DNA from: Chiloscyllium plagiosum
Taxonomy: Eukaryota
Assembly: GCF_004010195.1 (NCBI RefSeq)
Contig: NC_057754.1
Span: 1,028,124-1,072,635 of the forward strand
DNA length: 44,512 nt
Direction of reading: 5' to 3'
The notes under the pieces were generated by a model that saw nothing but the letters and a program-made list of their open reading frames with translations, had not been told where the DNA came from and searched no databases. The position numbers were made by a program, and so were the translations under genes. This document shows positions 1-11,300 of the stretch, one piece after another (position 1 is the stretch's first letter; each line of letters starts with the position of its first letter).

Positions 1-1270
1 CCAAGAACCTTACCATTAGCCCAGTACTCTTTATTCCTGTTACTCCTTCCAAAGTGAATCACCTCACACTTTTCCACATTAAATTCCATTTGCCACCTCT
101 CAGCCCAGCTCTGCAGCTTATCTACGTCTCTTTATATCCTACAACATCCTTCAGCAATATCCACAACTCCACCGAACTTAGTGTCATCCACAAATTTACT
201 AACCTATCCTTCTATGCCCTTATCTAGGTCATTTATAAAAATTACAAATAGAAGTGGCCCCAAAACAGATTCTTGTGGTATACCACTAGTAAGTGAACTC
301 CAGGATGAACATTTCCCATCAACCACCACCCTCTGTCTTCTTTCAGCTAGCCAATTTCTGATCCAAACCACTAAACCACCCTCAATCACATGCCTCTGTG
401 TTTTGTGCAATAGCCTACCATGGGGAATCCTATCAAACACCTTACTGAAGTCCATATACACTATATCAACCGCTTTACCCTCATCCACCTGTTTGGTCAC
501 TTTCTCATAGAGCTCAATAAGGTTAGTAAGGCACGACCTACCCTTCACATACCACGTTGACTATCCCTAATCAACTGATTCCTCTTTAGATGATTATAAA
601 TCCTATCTCTTATAACCTTTACCCAAAACTGAAGTAAGGCTCACTGGTCTATAATTACCAGGATTGTCTCTACTCCCCTTCTTGAACAAGGGGATAACAT
701 TTGTTATCCTCCAGTCTTCTGGCACTATTCCTGTAGACAATGACTGCATAAAGATCAAAGCCAAAGGCTCTGCAATCTCCTCCCTGACGTCCCAGAGAAT
801 CCTAGGATAATTCTCATCTGGCCCAGGGGACTTATCTAATTTCACACTTTCCAGAATCGCAATCCCAACTAGTCTAATAATCAGTGTGAATAAAGATGAA
901 AAATATTTATTTAGCGCTTCCCCAATCTCCTCGGACTCAACGCACAACTTCCCTTTATTATCCTTGATTGGCCCTAATCTTTCTCTAGTCATTCTTTTAT
1001 TCCTGATATCCCTAGGAAAACCTGAAAGCTTTCTATATCTGCCAATGACTTCTCATATGTTCTCTCGGCTCTTCTTAGCTCTCTCTTTCGGTCTTTCCTG
1101 GCTAACTTGTAACTCACAAGCGACCTGAGTCTTCATGTCTCATCCTATCATATGCCTTCTTCTTCCTCTTGACAAGAGATTCAACTTGTTTAGTAAACCA
1201 CAGCTCCCTCGCTCAACAACTTCCTCGCTGCCTGACCGATAAATACTTAGAGGACATGCAGTAGCTGTCT
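1..1270 (-). mobile_element. CR1-clade LINE ORF2 (reverse transcriptase) fragment, frameshifted
   Basis: Translations [86 protein letters not shown]. Confidence 0.93.
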
Positions 1271-1689
1271 GAACAATGAAGGCTAAATGCCTTCTTAAGC
1301 ACCCTATCTACACGTGATATAACTTGAGAGAACAACGTACCTGAACCTGTAGGTCTCTGTGTTCTACAACAGTACCCGAGGCCCTACTTTTAATTGCATA
1401 AGTCCTGCCCTTGTTTGTGTTACCAAAGTGCAATGCGCCTGCCAATTCCTCTGTGGTATAACAAATCTGTGACCTCATTGTCCCAGGGTTGTTCACACAA
1501 GCTTTATAAAGCAATGTTTGATCCCGTTTTGCACAGGGATATCTCAGTTGATTAAATAGACAAACATTTTAAGGTGCGTTTTAAAGGAGAGACAGAGGTG
1601 GAAAGGGCTCAGGAGGGAATTCCTGGGCTTGGAGCCTCAAGCAGCTCAGGGCACAGTTGACAATTGCAGAATGATGGGAACAGGGTTAT

Positions 1690-1985
1690 ACTCAAAAGGT
1701 TGTAGGGCTGGAGGAGCTTACAGAGAGAGGGATGGATGCAGGGGCTACAGGAAGTGACAGAGATAGGGAGGGGGTGTAGGGACCAGAGGTGGTGACACAG
1801 ATGGGGAGAGATGTAGGGGCTGCAGGAGGTTACAGAGATAGGAAAGGGGTGTAAGGGGTTACAGAGGTAGGGAGGATGCAAGAAGGTGCAACAGAAATTG
1901 GAAGGGGTGTAGGAGCTGGAGAGGTTAGAAAAATAGGGAGGGGGGTAAGGGCTGGCGGTGGTGGGGTGGAGGCAAGTGAGACAGC
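1690..1985. repeat. Degenerate purine-rich tandem repeat of about 35 bp
   Basis: Recurring gtaggggctgcaggaggttacagagatagg; related sequence at about 21050-21210. Confidence 0.7.
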
Positions 1986-3803
1986 CATGTAAGGAATTTG
2001 CTAACAAGGATCAGAATTTTAAATTTATAAACTCAATTTAACACAGGAATACTTAGTGCAAGTTATGACAGGCAGCAGAGATTTGGAATAAGCTGCAGTC
2101 TATGGGAAATAGAAATGAGGAGCAAAGGCAAAACACAAGCAGATGCTGGAAATATGACAGAAAATCAAAAGCTGCTGGAAATATTCAGCAAGGTTTTCTT
2201 TATTATTTTCCAAGGGATGTTGGCATCTCTGGCCACCTCAAATCACCCCTTGAACTGAGTGTCTCACTCAGCCCATCTCACTGGATAGTTTACATTGTTG
2301 TGGGTCTGGTGTCATGTGTAGTCTGGACCTGTAAGGATGGCAGATTTACTCCCCATAAACTGATCAATGAACCCAATGGGTTCTTACAACAAATGATGAT
2401 GGCTCTGTGGTCACCAGCATTGGTGATTCGCTTTGAATTTATTACTACGCTGAATTTTAAACTCCACCAGCTGGAGTGGGATTGTCTTCAGAGTAACGTT
2501 CTGGGCCTTTGGATTACTAAGTCCAGCCACATTACCTCTGCACCACCGTTACCACAACAGTAGCATTATCGCAACAGCATCATGGGCAATATCTATGCAG
2601 AGAATCAAGAGCTAATGGGGATATTTATTATACAGCACGGAAACAGACCCTTCAGTCCAATTCATCCATGCCGAACAGGTTTCCCAAAGTGAACTAATCC
2701 CATTTGCCTGCATTTGGCCCATATCCCTCTAAACCTTTCCTATTCAGGGACCTGTCCAAATATCTTTCAGATATTGTAACTGTATCCACCTCTAGCACTT
2801 CCTCTGGCAGTTTGTTCCATATTAACATCATCCTCTGTGTGAAAATGTTGCCCCTCAGATCTTTTTAAAATCTTCCCCCTCTCACCTTCAACCTATGCCC
2901 TCTCATTTTGGATTCCCCTACCCTGGGGAAAAGACCTTATCTATGCCCCTCATAAACCTTTATAAGGTCACCCATCAGCCTCCCCGCTCCAGGGAAAATA
3001 GTCCCCAGCCTCTTCTTACAATTCAATCCGTCCACTCCCAGCATCAGTGGAGAGAAATCAGAGTTAAGATTTCAGGTTCAATGACCCCTCTTCAGAGCTG
3101 ATGGTAGCTAGGAGAAGGATGCTTTATTCCACAGAAGATAAGGTGGGGGGAGGGGGATAGTTAACAATAGGTGGAGATAGAGCCCAAAGAGACAGCAAAC
3201 CAGTTGGACAAAGGAGTGGATAAAGGTCACTGAGGTACTGTTCTTCCAACTTGCATGGAGTTTCACTGGAGTACTGCAGCAAGCCTGAGGCAGAGATGTT
3301 GGCCAGGCCACAAGGTTTCATGAAGCTGTGGTATGTGTTGGGAGCAAAGGAAGAATGGAGCAATGTGCCCCAGAGAAAACGGTCCCTGCAAAACATCGAC
3401 AAGGGACGGAAGAGAGGGGACTGTGTGTCTGGTGGCAGCATCCTGCTAGAGGTGGTGGAAATGGCAACTAATGATCCTATGGATGTGAATGCCGGTGGGA
3501 GGAGAAGGGGACCCTGTTTTTGTTGTGGGAAGTAAGGGAGGGGGTGTTGTCTGAAGTGACAGAGATGGGTCAGACCCAACTGAAGGCCCTGTCAATACAG
3601 TGCTGGAGAATCCTCAGTTGAGGAGGAAGGTGGCCATTTCAGAGGCCCCCTTGTCAACGCTGGCACGTCAGAATAGCTGCAATGGAGACACAGGAATTAG
3701 GAGAATGGAATACAATCTTTATAGGAAGCAGGGTTTGAGGCTGTATAGTCAAGTCGATGGGTATGTAAAGGATATTGGTCACCAGCCTATCTTGAGAAAT
3801 GGA

Positions 3804-3992
3804 CATGATTCGGAGATGCCGGTGTTGGACTGGGGTGTACAAAGTTAAAAATCACACAACACCAGGTTATAGTCCAACAGGTTTAATTGGAAGCACACTA
3901 GCTTCATCTGATGAAGGAGCGTCGCTCCGAAAGCTAGTGTGCTTCCAATTAAACCTTTTGGACTATAACCTGGTGTTGTGTGATTTTTAACT
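3804..3992. mobile_element. Short fold-back PLE-derived insert (family B) with a hammerhead motif in the loop
   Basis: 64-bp arms 3841-3904 / 3931-3994 with 1 mismatch; TSD TTGAGAAATGGA at 3792-3803 and 3993-4004. Confidence 0.8.
3905..3939 (+). ncRNA. Minimal type I hammerhead ribozyme motif (family B)
   Basis: CAU-CUGAUGA-A-GGAGC-guc-GCUCC-GAAA-GC-UA-GUG. Confidence 0.7.
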
Positions 3993-4602
3993 TTGAGAAA
4001 TGGAAACAGAGATATTGAGGATGGGAAGAGGAATCAGAAATGGACTAGGTGAAGGTAAGCGCAGTGTAGAAATTGGAAGCAAAATACATAAACTGTTCCA
4101 ATTCCAGACTAGGGAGGGAAGCAGCTGAGTTGGCGCTCAGCCTCCATAACATAGAAGTTCATACACCAGACAACAGCACCACTTGTCAGTAGGCTTGATT
4201 ACAAAGTCAGGGTTGGATCTGAGAGGACGGAGTGCATTCAGTTCAGAGGGAGATAGGTTGGAATGGGTAAGGGCAGGAAGGCAGACAAATTGAGGTGGAC
4301 CAGTGTCACAACGCTAATTTTTGATGAGCAGGTTGAGTACAGATAAAAGGCCAGAGGAAGGGTTCCAGGTGGAGGGACAGTGTTGGAGGTGGGTAAGGTT
4401 AACTCTGAAATCTCTCCAAATGCTGCCAGACCCGCTGGGTATTTTTTCAGCAATTTCTGTTTTTGATTCTAATTTCCAGCATCCACAGTTCTTTCAGTTT
4501 TTTTGTTTTCCCCCTTGTAGTCGAGTCCCCAAACAGTGGAAATAGTTTACCTTTATCTACCCTGTCATTTCTGGTTAATATCTTGATGACTTAGATCAGA
4601 GC

Positions 4603-5032
4603 AGAGTGGCATGATAGCTCAATGGAAACTACTGCCTCTCAGCGCCGGGGAGCCAGCTTCAAATCCAGCCTTGAGTGACATGTTCTCCCTGTGTCTGCGT
4701 GGGTTTCCTCCAGGTGCTCTGGTTTCCTCCCATAATCCAAAAGCGTGCAGGTTAGGAGGACTAGTTATGCTAAATTTCCGAGATTAGGGTGGTGCTGGAA
4801 AAGCACAGCAGGTCAGGCAGCATCCGAGGAGTAGGAAATTAGACGTTTGGGCAAAAGGACCCTTTTGCCTATGCTAAATTACCTACGCTTTCCAGGGATA
4901 TATAGGCTAGGTGGATTAGTCTTGGGAAATACAGGAATAATGTGCAGATCTGGGTGGGATGCTCTTTGGAGGTTTGGCATGGACTCAACGGGCTGAATGG
5001 CCAGCTTCCACATTTTAGGGATTCTATGATTC
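4603..5032 (+). mobile_element. HE1-like V-SINE interrupted by a family A PLE insert (4777-4869)
   Basis: V-domain tgtgtctgcgtgggtttcctccaggtgctctggtttcctccca; insert flanked by TATGCTAAATT at 4766-4776 and 4870-4880. Confidence 0.8.
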
Positions 5033-5304
5033 TCCCTTAAATCTTCTAAATCATAGGAAAAACATACATGATTTGTACAATCCCTCCTCACAACTTAGCC
5101 TCTGTTCAAGAAGAAAAATAGATGCAGATTATTTTAGCATGATCTCCAGCAACAATGCAAGGAACAAAGGGATTAAAGAAAATACGTTTCAAAAATCTTC
5201 TGGAATCTGCATACAGAAATTTCTGTCTGTAAACAGATTGACAATCAGAGGTCCCAGATTTAAATTGATTTGCTAAAGAAGCAAATGCAAGGAGAGGGAA
5301 AACA

Positions 5305-6210
5305 AATTTAAAGGTAGAAGACAGAGGGTGGTGGAGGAGGGTTGTTTTTCAGACTGGAGGCCTGTGACCAGTGGAGGATAGGCGCTGGGTCCTCTACTTT
5401 TTGTCATTTACATAAATGATTTGGTGTGAGCATAAGAGATATAGTTAGTAAGTTTGCAGATGACACCAAAATTGGAGGTGTAGTGGACAGTGAAGAAGGT
5501 TACCTCAGATTACAACAAGATCTTGATCAGATGGGCTGTTTGGCTGAGAAGTGGCAGATGGAGTTTAATTCAGATAGTGAAGAAGGTGTTTGGTATGCTT
5601 TCCTTTATTGGTCAGAGTATGGAGTACAGGAGTTGGGAGGTCATGTTGCGGCTGTACAGGACATTGGTTAGGCAACAGTTGCAATATTGCATGCAATTCT
5701 GGTCTCCTTCCTATCGCAAAGATGTTGTGAAACTTGAAAGGGTTCAGAAAAGATTTACAAGGATGTTGCCAGGGTTGGAGGATTTGAGCTATAGGGAGAG
5801 GCTGAATAGGCTGGGGCGTTTTTCCCTGGAGCACCGGAGGCTGAGGGGTGACCGTATAGAGGTTTACAAAATTATGAGGGGCATGGATAGGATAAATAGA
5901 CAAAGTCTTTTCCCTGGGGTTGAGGAGTCCGGAACTAGAGGGTATAGGTTTGGGGTGAGAGGGGAAAGATATAAGAGACCTAAGGGGCAACATTTTCACA
6001 CAGACGGTGGTACGTGTATGGAATGAGCTGCCAGAGGAAGTGGTGGAAGTGGGTACAATTGCAACATTTAAAAGGCATTTGGATGGGTATATGAATAGGA
6101 AGGGTTTGGAGGGATATGGGCCGGGTGCTGGCAGGTGGGACTAGATTGGGTCGGCATGGACGGGTTGGACCGAAGGGTCTGTTTCCATGATGTACATCTC
6201 TATGATCTAT
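5305..6210 (+). mobile_element. HER1/CR1-like LINE 3' fragment
   Basis: [65 protein letters not shown] and the family 3' tail. Confidence 0.92.
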
Positions 6211-6677
6211 AAATACTTTGCACACAGCGAACAGTTAGGCTTTGGAACAGTCTGCCTGGAGGTGGAGTGAAGGGCAGGATCAATTGAGGCATTCGAGAGA
6301 AGGCACTGGATAATTATTCGAACAGAGATGGACGGGCAAGGGTACTGGCAAGAAGCAGCAGGATATCAGCAGTAAGCAATGGTTTCAAGAGCTGGTGCAG
6401 GCACCATGGTCTGCACAGCCTCATGCCTCCATAGCACTTCCTTGATCAGAATGCAGATAAAGGATGTAATCTCTGAGCAGATAGATGTGACGAATATAGA
6501 GGGTAGCTAGCAGGTGCATGTAGAGTGGAAGGTTGGAAATATGGATAATAATCGTAAAATGCAGTTGGGTGACATCAACATGAAGCAAAATTTCTTTAAA
6601 AAGCTAGTGCTCCCCTGCACAGCAGAGTTCTTATAGTTAGAGAGATATATATAATAAAATATGGCTATGCATGATTG

Positions 6678-6747
6678 CCTAATAAGGAAGTAACAGGTTC
6701 ATTTTGGGCTCACGCCATCCCAATTGCGAGCTCTTGGCCATATATGG
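6678..6747. promoter_or_regulatory. Two consensus CArG boxes (SRF sites): CCTAATAAGG 6678-6687 and CCATATATGG 6738-6747
   Basis: Both match CC(A/T)6GG exactly, about 800 bp upstream of the cofilin TATA box. Confidence 0.65.
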
Positions 6748-6839
6748 CCAGAAGCTCTTCTCCAAAGGCAGCCATTGGCTACCTTCACTACAACCCTATC
6801 ACCACACAATCCTGAGGTAAATTTTAAAACGTCGCCTTT

Positions 6840-8320
6840 CCTCCACCCCCGCATTCGACGATTCAATGTCCCTCAGACCCGCCCGAGCAGCCACCTCCGT
6901 TATTTCCTAGCAAGATAGCGGATTCCGGAAAATAAAACAAAGATATCGGAAAAAAAACATGGCCGCCAACTCCTCCTCCTCCTCCTCGACGACGTCGTCT
7001 TCTCCTTCGCTCGGCTGGCAACCCCGCCTTTCCCAGCCGGTGCACCCTGGGAGCTGTAGTTCGGCGGCCCATCCAAACCAACGGCAGCGACCGATCCAGA
7101 AGACTCGCTTTCCCAGCGTCCATCGCCAGGCAGTGACGTGCCGGAGCAGCGACCTTTCACCCGCACTCAGCGGCTTGAGTGGCATCGGCGCTTGCGCAGT
7201 GGCTAACTGGGGGGGCGTGTTTTTTGAGCGCCCCGCTGCCCGCCGGGAGATGTAGTCCCGTGCGGAGGACAGCTGGGGGGGTGGTGGAAACACCATATTC
7301 ATTTTGTTTTCCAGAAAGAAACAAATCGACGGCCTCCAGCTGCGACAACAATAATAAAAAGTGGCGCTGCACACGAAAGGGTGGGAGCCGCGATTATGGA
7401 ATTGGGAGTGTGGGGCTGGGGAAGGTGATAAAATAACTGTCGAAGCCTGAGCAGAGGCCCCGCCCCCCTCCCGGCCACTCCTGCACATGCGCACGCAGCC
7501 GGCGTTGGGCTGCTTCCCGCCTTATAAAGGGGGGGTGGAAGGCGCGGCAAAGCTTTCTTCCCCTTTTTATTTCTTGTCGTTGTCAGACCGTGCGGAGCAG
7601 CCTTCCGGAGCGCCGGGTCCGTTGTCTGCAGAGGAGCTGCGTCCGTTACGTTTTTCCCTTCGCCTCTTCTGTTCTTCTCTTCTCCCCTCCCGACCGTTAG
7701 CCGAGTGGCGGCAGAGGAAAAGGAAAACTGGTCGAAAGCGAGCCGCGGTATTAAAAAATGGTGAGGAGAAAGAGAGGTTTTTATTTGTGGTGTTTATTTT
7801 TTTTTAAAGAAAAAGAGAAATTTCAGCCTTTTGTTCGTCTCGATTCCCCCCCCCCCCCCAAACGCGGCAGGCGACAACCGCGAGGGCGGTTAAAACAATG
7901 TCTCCCTTTTCTTCCGTTTGCAGCGGCTGTTCCCCCCCTTCCCCAGCCCCTTCCCGCCTTTCGCGTGGGGCGGCTGGGGGCTGAGCCGCGAGGGGGTGGC
8001 TTTTTATACCCGAGTGGACCCCTGCCACCGACTGCGAGGAGACCCCGTGGGACGCGATCCCCCCCCAGGTCCAATCAGAACGCCGGGTGTTTAATGTATT
8101 TGGGGGACCCCCCCCTCCCGAGGTGGTGTGGGGCGGCTGCGTTGGTTTGTTTTCAGTGCGGGCGGGCCCTCGCCCCAACTACGCTCCTCCGCCTTCCTTC
8201 TCTCTCCCTTCCCCCCCCCTCCCAACCAACAAACCTTGTGTGTTAAATCTCTAGGTTGACGTCCCCCCATTCCCCCGAGTTTTGCATTGTCTGGAATGGT
8301 CGGTCGGGTTATTATTTTTG
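6840..8320. promoter_or_regulatory. CpG island and cofilin promoter: GC box 7456-7467, NRF1-like TGCACATGCGCA 7482-7493, TATAAA 7523-7528, ZNF143-type motifs 7040-7060 and 7236-7258
   Basis: Sharp rise in CpG density around cofilin exon 1; motifs read directly. Confidence 0.85.
7758..7760 (+). CDS. CFL1: Cofilin exon 1 coding part (ATG only)
   Basis: aaaaaATG|gtgagg in a CpG island about 230 bp downstream of a TATA box; an ATG-only first exon is typical of ADF/cofilin genes. Confidence 0.85.
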
Positions 8321-11300
8321 TTACGTGTATCTTTTTCTTTGCTCCTGGGTCTGTCTGCCCGCCCCACCCTGGTAGAAAGTCCTGTTTTTTTTTATTCTCT
8401 GAATTCCGTTACCTCTGGGCATGTTTAGACTGTCTAGCGATCACTCCAGTGTCCTTGGGCTGATGAGAGTATGCAAAACATTGCTTTTTTTATTTTGCAG
8501 AAAAATGCATGTATTTTAACATCTGTAGCTTTATTCTCTCCCCAGTTTTTTTTTGCAAGATCTGGGCTCAGCCTGCAGAATTGCAGGGCGCCCTCCCGCA
8601 GCATTTAGCTGCACTCGCCTTCCATGCACACATCTTTAAAAAGAGGAAAACGACATTTTGTGACTGCTTCGAGGAGTTGGGTTTCAGTTAGGTGGGGTTT
8701 TGAGCTCACCTCAGTGAGACTTCGACTCTTCTCCTCTTGTGTTAAGAGCTGCCCAGATGTATCTCTGGGAATTTGGCGTAGCCAGTTGGTTTAAAAATGT
8801 GTTGCTGGAAAAGCGCAGCAGGTCAGACAGCATCTAAGGAGAATCGACGTTTCGGGCATAAGCCCTTCTTCAGGAATGGGAGTTCCTGAAGAAGGGCTTA
8901 TGCCCGAAACGTCGATTCTCCTTAGATGCTGTCTGACCTGCTGCGCTTTTCCAGCAACACATTTTTAAGCTCTGATCCCCAGCATCTGCAGTCCTCACTT
9001 TCTCTTAGCCAGTTGGTTCCCTATTCCTACCCTCCCCCAACAAAATAAAGCTCCCAGCTAACGAATTCTGATGCTTGCAGGATCTGTGTTTGGAGACTTT
9101 TGTCATTGGGGATGGTGATGGGACATGATTGACTGACTGGTTTTAAAATGGCTTTGGAGGAGGGGGGGAGGGAGAAAGAGAGAGAGAGGAGTAGTGGATT
9201 GCGCTCATATCTGTGCAGCCTAGTGGATTAGGGTTTGTGGGCACACAATGTGGTAAGGGTGTGGAGGTGAATAGAGGTTAATGTTTTCCTATGGCAGTAT
9301 CTAGGGTGCAGCAGAGTCCCGTGATCATCGGCAGTGCCTTTGATTAAAATTGAGCTCTTTTTGTTTTGAGCATCTGCTCGGTTTCCAGTGTAGCAGGCTG
9401 ACTTGATGTTCCACATCATCCTCCTGGATTTGCTGCCTTTTTTTCGTTTATGTAGAGATGCGTTGAAGAGTTGGCGAGGTATCTACAAATGGGTTCAGTC
9501 TCTGAATTGGCCACTTTTTTTTTGAGAAATTCTGGCCTGAATGTTAGACGAGGGGAGTAGGAGGTGTCTACATGGGGATGGTGAGTAAGCAGGGTATTGG
9601 TAGCTAGAGATTTTTTGTCGTTGCAAGCATTTCCTGTTGTGCGGTACTGGCCTCACCCTTTCCCCGTTGTCAGAGCTGCTTATTTAATGTGGGGCCAGGT
9701 CTGATTAGGCAAGAATCTAACTTTTTAAAACCTTCAGTGGAAATAACCCACATTCACTCTTGTGAAAGTGCTGTTTCCCTTCAGTTCTGCAAAGGCACTT
9801 AGTCACTTGATTAGTTTCTTTTTTTAAAAAAAACAGAAGTTACCTACTGAATACTTTGTAGAGGTTTGACGAGCACAGTCAGGGTGTCTGCACTGTTGTT
9901 GGAAAAATCAAAGTTTGTCTATGAATCGTGAGTTCTGAAATGCAGTGAAATTGAAACTTCAGCTGAAGTGTCAAATACTTTGCCTAATAAGGTCATTCTT
10001 AAAGCACTGAGTTGCCAAGTGAGATGTATTCATTGTTGGGTTTGACCTGCTTGAAGCCAGTTCCCCATTTCCTGGCCTTGCAATCGGTCCCTGTCGCAGT
10101 TTATTTATGCCCATGTCTGGGGTGGGAGAGTGGGCAGTGAAACCTGTTTATCTGCCTTTTAGTCTGTTCTATCTTGGAAAGAGTGCAACTGGCTAAAGTG
10201 GACAAGAATTATCAAGCTGTGCTCAGTTATTCCATTTAGTTGGCAATTTTCCTCAGTGGAGGGCTCTCAATGGGCATCCATCTGGCACCCAAAACTGCTT
10301 TCCTTGAATTCAGTCTGAGTTCCAAACCTCAACTCTCCTTTGATCTTCCATTGATTTGTGTGGAATCCATTAATTGGTTGTTTTTCTGTTGAGGAAGAAC
10401 TCTATTTTGCAGCCTCTTGTGGATTTAGGGGAGAATACCTAATAAATCTGCCCTCCACATCCTGTACCAAAGAAAATGAATCAAGCCATCCACTCTTCCT
10501 TCATTGCTGAAATTATCTATAAATCTCATCTGCACCATCTCCAGCGTGATCACAGCCTTCCTGTAATGATATATGACAATCCGTGTCTGTACTGGTGAAT
10601 GCAATAACATGCAAGAAATTTCCACCTGTCTTCCTGCCTCCCTTTGGCTGATCCCAGCTGTGAGCTGAATCAATTTGTTCAATCATGTTTCCACTTGTTG
10701 ATAGAAGTTCCAAACCTCCAGCTTGCATCCAGGAGAGTGCTGCATTCCTGAGCTGCTGCTGTGCCTGCGGGGGGAAAGTGAACGTGTATGGTCTGCTGAA
10801 GCTGAAAACAAGACTACACCAGCTTGTAGTCCCAACAGGTGGTTGTGAAGCAGGACCGTAAGAGACAGAAGCTGGGACAGTGATGGAGTGGAGTGGTGGG
10901 GTGGGAAGGAAGATGAAAAAGTCAAAAGGGGTAGTGTTGAGTTGGAATGTTGGATCTGGGATAAGGTTGGGGAGAGGGGAGATTGAATCGGTGTGATTGG
11001 AGGGTCCCAAGGCGGAAGCTGAGGTGTTCTTCCTCCCAGATGTCGAGTGACTACGACCTGTAGTGGAGGAGGTCCAGGGGTTGCATATCCTTGACAGAGT
11101 GGGAGGTGGGAGTTAGTGTTCACCAGTTTCCTAATTTCCCCCCCACTAACTTTTCCCAGATCCAACCTTCCAACTCTGTACTGCCCTCTTGAACTGTCCT
11201 ATCTGTCCATCTTCCTTCCCACCTATCAGCTCCACCCTCCTCAGATGCTACCTGACTGGCTGTGCTCTTTCAGCACCATACACTTATTCTTGTCATGCCT

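Larger units (their letters stand above)
3045..4500 (-). mobile_element. Decayed Penelope-like element (PLE) remnant, interrupted by the insert at 3804-3992
   Basis: Minus-strand peptides PLSMFCRDRFLWGTLLHSS and SGLLQYSSETPCKLEEQYL resemble the PLE linker and GIY-YIG C-terminus; degenerate hammerhead-like CTGAAGA...GAAA at 3061-3097. Confidence 0.65.

Noticed and set aside
5490..6026. Recurring ORFs such as LYRTLVR...FWSP as host genes
   Set aside because: Truncated, frameshifted CR1/HER1 LINE ORF2 ends
6907..7494. 195-aa minus ORF and overlapping 98-aa plus ORF (6959-7255)
   Set aside because: Stop-poor GC-rich CpG island, low-complexity translation, no recognisable domain and no MUS81-like sequence
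7758..8246. 162-aa ORF starting at the cofilin ATG
   Set aside because: Read-through into GC-rich intron 1 past the ATG|gt donor
8791..8968. Pre-miRNA, or DNA-transposon MITE
   Set aside because: The stem is too long and perfect for a typical pre-miRNA. An asymmetric tail, a 13-bp TSD and one-armed sister copies fit a PLE fold-back rather than TIRs
10367..10377. CArG box CCATTAATTGG
   Set aside because: Seven A/T between CC and GG, so non-consensus
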